Shown here piece by piece: positions 25,406 to 32,000 of a stretch of 32,000 nt of DNA. The stretch is from Nitrosococcus oceani ATCC 19707. GTDB lineage: Bacteria > Pseudomonadota > Gammaproteobacteria > Nitrosococcales > Nitrosococcaceae. How positions within the stretch are numbered: the stretch's first letter is position 1; the number at the start of each line of letters is the position of its first letter. Below the pieces are notes generated by a model. That model was not told the DNA's origin. It saw only the letters and a list, made by a program, of their open reading frames with translations, and made no database searches. The DNA lies in assembly GCF_000012805.1 (NCBI RefSeq), contig NC_007484.1:2580001-2612000 (forward strand). Reading direction: 5' to 3'. A program made the translations under genes and the position numbers.

Positions 25406-26166
25406 CTCGGTTCCCTATGTTCCGCCTGATATTCCCGAATAAACTCAGCAAGTAAGTGTTGCTGCTCCAGATCTAATATCCGCCTACTCAATAAATCCGG
25501 CCGCTTAAGCCAGGTCCGACCCAGTGCTTGCTTTAACCGCCAGCGACGAATAGCTTTATGATCGCCGCTTAGTAACACAGGCGGCACTCTATAACCCTCA
25601 ATTACCTCCGGGCGCGTGTAGTGAGGACAGTCAAGCAAACCATTAACGAAGGAATCCTGCTGAGCGGACTCCGCTGCACCTAATACACCGGGTAGCAATC
25701 GCGCCAAACCGTCTATTATTACCATGGCCGCTAGTTCTCCACCGCTCAAGACATAATCGCCGATGGACCATTCTTCATCGACTTCCATTTCGATGAGACG
25801 CTCATCCACCCCTTCGTAGCGGCCTGCCACAAAAAGCAAGGATTCATTGCTAGCCAATGCCTCCAATCCCGCTTGATCTAGCCGTCGCCCCTGGGGAGAA
25901 AGATATAAGACTCGGCAACCTTTCCCTAACTCGGCGCGTCCCACGTGAATAGCATCGCGGAGAGGCTGAATTCCCATCACCATACCCGGCCCCCCACCAT
26001 AGGGCCGAGCATCTACGGTGCGGTGCCGATCATGGGCGAAATCTCTTGGATTCCAAAAATTTAATGATATTTTCCCTTGTTTTAAGGCACGCCCGACCAC
26101 CCCGGAGTCCCATAGCGCATCAAACATACCGGGAAACAGGGTGATCACGCCAAAGCGCATCTTCAA
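25402..26166 (-). CDS. trmD: tRNA (guanine37-N1)-methyltransferase
   Basis: 254 aa. Has [29 protein letters not shown] and [11 protein letters not shown] motifs. Confidence 0.95.
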   Translation of the reverse strand: MKMRFGVITLFPGMFDALWDSGVVGRALKQGKISLNFWNPRDFAHDRHRTVDARPYGGGPGMVMGIQPLRDAIHVGRAELGKGCRVLYLSPQGRRLDQAGLEALASNESLLFVAGRYEGVDERLIEMEVDEEWSIGDYVLSGGELAAMVIIDGLARLLPGVLGAAESAQQDSFVNGLLDCPHYTRPEVIEGYRVPPVLLSGDHKAIRRWRLKQALGRTWLKRPDLLSRRILDLEQQHLLAEFIREYQAEHREPR

Positions 26167-26191
26167 CTCCCCTCCCAGGGTACTAGGAAAA

Positions 26192-26719
26192 CTAGAAATC
26201 CGGATCCCAATCGACAGTCAATAATCCTTGCTGGAGGTCTACTTGCTTAACGATCATTCCCATCAGGAAGGGGAGTAACCGCTCCCGCTCCCCTCGAACG
26301 ACAAGTACGTCATTTGCTCCCGTCTCCAGCAAACGGTCGACCTGGCCAAGCACCTCCCCTTGCAGAGTGATCACCTGCAGCCCAATGAGGTCACTCCAAT
26401 AATATTCGCCCTCTTGGGGAGGGGGCAGCTGATCCCGATGAACAGCAATTTCACAACCTACCCAGAGAGCCGCCACATCCCGCTCATCGATTCCTTCCAA
26501 GGCAACCACAATTCCCTTGCCTTGGACGCGTCCCTTCCTTAACCGACGCGCTTGCCAGGCTCCATTCTGCTGCAGGTACCAAGGCTCATAATCCAGAATA
26601 TTATTCCGGGGTTGGGTATAGGAATACACCCGAAGCCAGCCCTGTACGCCATATAACCCCGAGATACGTCCGACGAGGACATAACGCTTATCGTCAGTCG
26701 CTTCCTGCCCTAGCTCCAC
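26192..26719 (-). CDS. rimM: 16S rRNA processing protein RimM
   Basis: 175 aa. Has [15 protein letters not shown] and a PRC-barrel C-terminus. Its operon position is between rpsP and trmD. Confidence 0.9.
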   Translation of the reverse strand: MELGQEATDDKRYVLVGRISGLYGVQGWLRVYSYTQPRNNILDYEPWYLQQNGAWQARRLRKGRVQGKGIVVALEGIDERDVAALWVGCEIAVHRDQLPPPQEGEYYWSDLIGLQVITLQGEVLGQVDRLLETGANDVLVVRGERERLLPFLMGMIVKQVDLQQGLLTVDWDPDF

Positions 26720-26734
26720 TAAATAGAATTTTTT

Positions 26735-26977
26735 CTAGGCTGAATAAGATTTAAATAGCTGGGCGACCCGTTCGGAAGGCTGAGCCCCCTGAGATAACCA
26801 ATAGTTAGCCCGCTCCATATCAATTCGCAGAGGGACTTCTCCCCCCGCCGCAATAGGGTTAAAAAAGCCTAATTGTTCAATATAGCGCCCGTCACGCTTG
26901 CTGCGCTTATCGGCCACCACAATACTATAAAAAGGACGTTTTTTCGCCCCTCCTCTCGCCAAGCGGATTATTACCAT
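26735..26977 (-). CDS. rpsP: 30S ribosomal protein S16
   Basis: 80 aa. [41 protein letters not shown] is canonical S16. Confidence 0.95.
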   Translation of the reverse strand: MVIIRLARGGAKKRPFYSIVVADKRSKRDGRYIEQLGFFNPIAAGGEVPLRIDMERANYWLSQGAQPSERVAQLFKSYSA

Positions 26978-27061
26978 TGCACCTCTTGCCTCGTTGCACT
27001 TTAATCTTTGTGAAAAACTAGCAGATTTTACGCGAAATTCTCAGGCTTGAGAAGCGTAGCC

Positions 27062-28423
27062 TCAGAAGGGCATCCCCGGCGGAAGCCCCCCTTTCATTCC
27101 CCTCATCAGCTTAGCCATCCCTCCTTTGCGCGACATCCGCTTCATCATCTTTTGCATCTGGGCAAACTGCTTAAGTAAACGGTTGACCTCCTGAACCTGA
27201 GTGCCCGACCCAGCCGCAATGCGCCGTTTGCGAGAACTTCTAATAATTTCCGGCCGTTGGCGCTCACGGGGAGTCATGGAATTGATAATCGCCCCAAGAC
27301 GGATCAATTCCCGATCATTAACCTGATCGGTCGCACCCGCAGGCAAGTTGATTCCCGGTAATTTATCAAGCAAGTTCGAAACTCCGCCCATTTCGCTCAT
27401 TTGCTGCAACTGCTGACGGAAATCTTCTAAATTGAAACCTTTTCCCTTCTTAAGCTTTTTGGCAAGCTTCTCCGCCTTATCTTTATCAAGCTTCTGCTCT
27501 ACCTCTTCCACCAGGCTTAACACATCGCCCATACCCAGTATGCGGGAAGCCAAGCGATCTGGATGAAAGAGTTCAAGGGCGGCGGTTTTCTCCCCAACGC
27601 CTAAAAATTTGATAGGCTTACCCGTGATCTGGCGGATAGACAAGGCTGCCCCACCGCGAGCATCGCCATCAACCTTGGTGAGAATAACCCCCGTCAGCGC
27701 TAGAGAATCATTAAAAGCCTGGGCCGTATTCGCGGCATCCTGCCCGGTCATACTATCCACCACGAATAAGGTCTCAACCGGCTTCACTGCGTCATGTAAG
27801 CGCTTGATCTCCGCCATCATCAAGTCGTCCACATGCAACCGACCCGCAGTATCAATAATAAGCACATCCAACACTTGGGTCCGGGCCTGCTGAATCGCCC
27901 CCTGGGCAATAGCAACCGGGTCTTCGGTAGGCTTGCTTGGGTAAAACTCTACCCCCACCTCGTTGGCGAGGGTTTCAAGCTGTTGAATCGCTGCTGGTCG
28001 GTAAACATCGGCACTAGTCACGAGCACCGACTTCTTTTGCTGTTCCTTCAGCCAACGGGCGAGTTTGGCTACCGTGGTTGTTTTACCAGAACCCTGTAAA
28101 CCCGCCATCAAGATTACGGCGGGAGGGCGGACATCCAACTTCAGTCCTTCCGCAGCCTCTCCCATAACCGCCATAAGCTCTTCATGGACGATTTTAATAA
28201 ACGCCTGGCCTGGCGTAAGACTGCGCAACACCTCCTGGCCAATCGCCCGCTCCCGAACCTTTGCGACAAAATCCCGCACCACTGGTAACGCAACATCCGC
28301 CTCCAGCAACGCAACGCGCACCTCACGCAAGGTATCTTTGATATTATCCTGAGTAAGGCGCGCTTGGCCCCGTAGCCGTTTTAGCGTGTGGCCAAGACGT
28401 TCCGTCAAGTTATCAAACATCAA
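27062..28423 (-). CDS. ffh: signal recognition particle protein Ffh
   Basis: 453 aa. Has the N-domain, a G-domain (GLQGSGKTTT, DTAGR, TKVDGDARGG) and a Met-rich M-domain C-terminus. Confidence 0.95.
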   Translation of the reverse strand: MMFDNLTERLGHTLKRLRGQARLTQDNIKDTLREVRVALLEADVALPVVRDFVAKVRERAIGQEVLRSLTPGQAFIKIVHEELMAVMGEAAEGLKLDVRPPAVILMAGLQGSGKTTTVAKLARWLKEQQKKSVLVTSADVYRPAAIQQLETLANEVGVEFYPSKPTEDPVAIAQGAIQQARTQVLDVLIIDTAGRLHVDDLMMAEIKRLHDAVKPVETLFVVDSMTGQDAANTAQAFNDSLALTGVILTKVDGDARGGAALSIRQITGKPIKFLGVGEKTAALELFHPDRLASRILGMGDVLSLVEEVEQKLDKDKAEKLAKKLKKGKGFNLEDFRQQLQQMSEMGGVSNLLDKLPGINLPAGATDQVNDRELIRLGAIINSMTPRERQRPEIIRSSRKRRIAAGSGTQVQEVNRLLKQFAQMQKMMKRMSRKGGMAKLMRGMKGGLPPGMPF

Positions 28424-28587
28424 CCAATCCCTTAAAAATCTTTATAAGAGCTTCAACATAGAACGTATAATTATAGCGTGAATAATATTCTCTACCCAAC
28501 AGGCGCATCTTCAGATTAGAGACTCAAGTTCTCTTTAATAAAGCCGGATGTTATGGGATGATGGGATTATACTTGAATAAATAAGCC

Positions 28588-29436
28588 ATGCTGAATATAT
28601 CGATTATGCCTCTAGAGAGTCTGCTTGGCATTGTTTGTTATTGTGCTGCCGGCATCGCTCTAGGCTGGTGCTTATTAAATGCCAATGCCAAAAAAGGCAA
28701 GCGGAGCGCCAGCAAACAACTCGCAGGCCTATTGGGGCTAGCGGGGGTAGTTTTTCATAGCTTCGTGCTAGCTAACCATCTTTTTACAACCTCTGGAATC
28801 AGCCTTAGCTTTACCGACGCGCTGTCCGCCGCGGCCTGGCTAATGGCCCTGCTCTTACTAGCCGCCAGCCTCAAAAAACCCATAGAAAATATGGGAATTG
28901 CCGTCTATCCCTTTGCGGCCATTGCGCTCGGGACGCAAGATTTATTTCCATCCCAGCATATCGTCGTTAAATTCAGCGCCGAATCCGGCGTGATGAAGCC
29001 TTTGGAAATTCACATTCTAATCTCTCTGGTAGCCTACAGCCTGCTCGCTTTGGCAGCCATGCATGCCCTCCTGCTGGCGGTCCAAAATCACCAGATCCGG
29101 AATAAGCATCCAGGCGGCTTTATCCGCGCCCTACCGCCCTTGCAGACCATGGAAACCCTTCTATTCCAGATTCTCACGGTGGGGTTTGTGCTGCTTTCAC
29201 TGAGTTTATTCAGCGGCATTCTCTTTCTAGAAGATATATTTGCCCAACACCTTGCCCATAAAACCGTATTCTCGATCGTTGCTTGGCTGGTGTTTGGGAT
29301 CTTGTTATGGGGGCGTTGGCGCTCCGGCTGGCGGGGGCGCACGGCAATCCACTGGACTCTATGCGGTTTTTTCTTCCTGATGTTAGCCTACTTCGGCACT
29401 AAATTGGTACTAGAAATTGTATTACAACGCACTTAG
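28588..29436 (+). CDS. ypjD: YpjD-like inner membrane protein (cytochrome c assembly / CcsA-related family)
   Basis: 282 aa polytopic membrane protein. It is divergent from ffh and followed by a CorC/YfjD homolog, the same synteny as E. coli ypjD-yfjD. Confidence 0.7.
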   Translation: MLNISIMPLESLLGIVCYCAAGIALGWCLLNANAKKGKRSASKQLAGLLGLAGVVFHSFVLANHLFTTSGISLSFTDALSAAAWLMALLLLAASLKKPIENMGIAVYPFAAIALGTQDLFPSQHIVVKFSAESGVMKPLEIHILISLVAYSLLALAAMHALLLAVQNHQIRNKHPGGFIRALPPLQTMETLLFQILTVGFVLLSLSLFSGILFLEDIFAQHLAHKTVFSIVAWLVFGILLWGRWRSGWRGRTAIHWTLCGFFFLMLAYFGTKLVLEIVLQRT

Positions 29437-29608
29437 CCTTATGATAACTTTATTTTTACGATACGGATCTATGTTGAGTGCTGCCCAAAGCTAGACCGAG
29501 TTGCCCACGATGGGCTGATATCCTTGCAAGCAATAAATATCGCCATCCCACACTGTTGCCTCCTGGTAGCACTTAGCTTCCCATGGCCGGTGCCGAGTTT
29601 CTTGGCAG

Positions 29609-30931
29609 ATGCTTGACGAAATTTCTCTAGAATTTTTGTTTGCTACGCTGGTCGCGTTATTAATCATCTCTGCCTGTTTTTCCAGTTCGGAAACAGCACT
29701 GATGAGCCTTAACCGCTATCGGCTGCGGCACTTAGAGCAAGCCCAGCATCCAGGGGCAATGCGTGCTGCTCGCCTGCTTCGCCGCCCTGATCGGCTCATT
29801 AGCCTTATACTTCTTGGTAATAACTTCGTCAATATTCTGGCCGCCTCGATAGCCACCGTCATTGCCGTACGGCTATTGGGGAATGAAGGGATCGCAGTTG
29901 CCTCCATTGTGCTCACAGTAGTAGTGCTATTGTTCGCCGAGGTAACTCCTAAGACCCTAGCGGCTTTGCATCCAGAACGGGTTGCCTTTCCCGCCGCTTA
30001 TGTCTTGGATCCTTTGCTAAAGCTTCTTTACCCCTTAGTGTGGCTTATTAATATCGTTGCCAACGCCTTGCTCGGTCTTTTTGGCGTTTACCCCCACCGG
30101 GGGTCCGCCACTACCCTGAGCCAGGAGGAATTGCGCGTAGTACTGAGCGAAACCGGGTTGTTAGTCCCCAAACGGCACCAGCGCATGCTACTGAGCATTC
30201 TCGACCTAGGGAAAGTAACGGTCAATGACGTCATGATTTCTCGCCATGAGATCGATGGCATCGATATTAACGACTCCATGGATAGTATTGTCACCCAGCT
30301 AACTCACTGTGCACACACCCGTTTATACGTCTACCAAGACAACATTGATCATGTCGTCGGTATTCTGCACTTGAGAAAAGCACTGCACCTTATCGCCAGT
30401 AATAATCTCCATAAAGAAAGCCTGCAAGCTATCATTAAGGAACCCTATTTCATCCCCGAAGAAACCCCCTTAAATCTTCAACTGTTAAATTTTCAGCGAT
30501 GCAAACGGCGGACTGGCTTAATCGTAGACGAGTATGGTGATATTTTGGGTATGGTTACGCTGGAAGACATCCTAGAAGAAATTGTGGGTGAATTCACCGC
30601 CGATGCCATTGATAGTGAAAGAGAGATACATCCGCAATCGGATGGCAGCTATTTAGTTGCCGGCAGCAGCAATATTCGGGAGTTAAACCGGATTATGCAA
30701 TGGGATCTCCCTATTACCGGCCCAAAAACCTTAAACGGCCTCATTATTGAGTACCTGGAATCTATTCCAAGCCCAGGTATCGGCTTGCGCCTCGGCCAGT
30801 ACCTTATCGAAATCGTTCAAACTAGCGGAAATGCCGTGCGCACAGCCCGCATACGGCCACCTGAAGATATAGAAGGCACTGGGATTGTAACTCCCGAACC
30901 ACCTGGTCTTCCCCCCCAAAATCAGTCATAG
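29609..30931 (+). CDS. CNNM/HlyC-CorC family transporter (DUF21 + CBS pair + CorC_HlyC domain)
   Basis: 440 aa. The N-terminus has four TM segments with SSSETALMSLNRYRL (DUF21), followed by a CBS pair (VNDVMISRHEI...) and a C-terminal transporter-associated domain (G.Y.V.G...I.ELN). Confidence 0.85.
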   Translation: MLDEISLEFLFATLVALLIISACFSSSETALMSLNRYRLRHLEQAQHPGAMRAARLLRRPDRLISLILLGNNFVNILAASIATVIAVRLLGNEGIAVASIVLTVVVLLFAEVTPKTLAALHPERVAFPAAYVLDPLLKLLYPLVWLINIVANALLGLFGVYPHRGSATTLSQEELRVVLSETGLLVPKRHQRMLLSILDLGKVTVNDVMISRHEIDGIDINDSMDSIVTQLTHCAHTRLYVYQDNIDHVVGILHLRKALHLIASNNLHKESLQAIIKEPYFIPEETPLNLQLLNFQRCKRRTGLIVDEYGDILGMVTLEDILEEIVGEFTADAIDSEREIHPQSDGSYLVAGSSNIRELNRIMQWDLPITGPKTLNGLIIEYLESIPSPGIGLRLGQYLIEIVQTSGNAVRTARIRPPEDIEGTGIVTPEPPGLPPQNQS

Positions 30932-31010
30932 ATCATCTCGTTTCCCACGTGAATCCTTTATGATTTCTCCTTCCAGCCTGAGCCAATCGAAAAATTTATA
31001 AACTCTACCC

Positions 31011-32000
31011 ATGGTGGATAGCAAATTTAATAAAAAGGGGGGAAAACCGCAGCGCACTGAACTTAACTTACATTCCGGAATCAAATCCAGCCTTGCCGCA
31101 ACGGACTCCTCCTGCCCATTTCTGCTCTCCACCTCCCCCTTGCTGGACTATGAAAATCCCCTCGTAGAGACCCGCGAGAGCAAAGTGAGGCAGTGGACCC
31201 GCAAACTGCCAGTGATGAATTTGTTCCAGTCCACCCAGGCCTTGCTAGATGTCTTGACTCTGTTCAACGAACAACCTCTCCAGGAAAAACACCGGGTTCA
31301 ACTGCTCGATATTTATCGCGTTCCCATTAACACCATGCTGCTTAGCTTTGATCCGTTGCATCTGCGCCAACTTCCCATCCCTCCAGCGCAGCGGGAACAG
31401 GTTGCTCAGAATATCGCCCGCCTTCCTCTCATGTTAGCGGATGGCTATAAAACCGTCATCAAGCAAGGGTATGCGCGGGGCCGCGAGCCAAAACAAGATA
31501 GTATACTGCTGCTAGCCGCCACCCGGGCTTGCGAGCAACTGGGCCATACTATGCTGCATCGCTATCGCCTATCCCACCCGATTCCCCCTCGGCTCTATCT
31601 TGAACTTCATCAACTCTACCGCTACGCTGAACACTATCAAGTGCTTGATTGTATACCCCACGCCACCAAACCGGTCGGCACCGAAAAAAATATCGCCATG
31701 ACCCATAAGGAACTGATGTTACTAGCCATTGTCGAGCCATCCCGACTAGCTAGTGACGAAATCATGCCGAGCTATGAGCTGCTGGGGAAATTACTGACCC
31801 ATGTGAGAATTGCCCCTCCCCAAGCTTCTTCTGGAAAAATGAACAGCTTTGTTATTGATCTCAGCAAGGATCATCCACCTAAGCCTTTCGCCTTTCTAGA
31901 GATTTCTTTGGAAAATGAGAATCTGCGTCTTTTTGATACCTCTTCCCTTCTCAAGAGATTGGGTGAATTACTGCATCAGCCCGAGAGTCCTTCAATCACA
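31011..32000 (+). CDS. hypothetical protein, N-terminal 330 codons of a larger ORF running off the window
   Basis: The frame is open from the ATG at 31011 to the window end, so it is absent from the track (no stop). My translation is MVDSKFNKKGGKPQRTELNLHSGIKSSL...VRQWTRKLPVMNLFQSTQALLDVLTLFNEQPL...LYLELHQLYRYAEHYQVLD.... Both antisense track ORFs here look spurious. No family confidently recognised. Confidence 0.55.
   Translation, partial: MVDSKFNKKGGKPQRTELNLHSGIKSSLAATDSSCPFLLSTSPLLDYENPLVETRESKVRQWTRKLPVMNLFQSTQALLDVLTLFNEQPLQEKHRVQLLDIYRVPINTMLLSFDPLHLRQLPIPPAQREQVAQNIARLPLMLADGYKTVIKQGYARGREPKQDSILLLAATRACEQLGHTMLHRYRLSHPIPPRLYLELHQLYRYAEHYQVLDCIPHATKPVGTEKNIAMTHKELMLLAIVEPSRLASDEIMPSYELLGKLLTHVRIAPPQASSGKMNSFVIDLSKDHPPKPFAFLEISLENENLRLFDTSSLLKRLGELLHQPESPSIT

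Overview
This looks like a gammaproteobacterial chromosomal segment. The gene order is E. coli-like (folD, gltX-cysS, ppi-lpxH, dsbC-xerD, ffh/rpsP-rimM-trmD-rplS, ffh divergent from ypjD-yfjD), but I cannot name the species from sequence alone. About two thirds of the window is ordinary housekeeping DNA. The accessory content has four parts. (1) A roughly 6.5 kb integrative element lies in the 3' end of tRNA-Lys(CTT), bounded by a 49-bp direct repeat of the tRNA 3' half. It carries a P4-type integrase translationally coupled to hicA-hicB, a frameshifted AlpA/excisionase-like gene, a Zn-ribbon/Toprim primase, a DUF927 helicase and unassigned small ORFs. (2) A second, AT-rich, integrase-less islet separates tRNA-Arg(TCT) from tRNA-His in the same tRNA operon. 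It is flanked by a decayed tRNA-Arg-like 3' fragment and carries a two-gene cassette: a small secreted protein plus a tail-anchored protein with an N-terminal T5orf172/GIY-YIG-like module and a possible weaker second one. (3) A decay zone at 2.6-5.9 kb holds a BCCT transporter pseudogene, a patatin fragment and an IS4-type transposase remnant. (4) A three-copy dispersed repeat family of 285-480 bp that I do not recognise has conserved, partly complementary termini and exchangeable interiors. One copy carries an intact solitary RHH (CopG/Arc-like) ORF. I rate the repeat family and the tRNA-Arg islet cassette as the most novel-looking items. All calls rest on reading the sequence and ORF translations. 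No database search was run.
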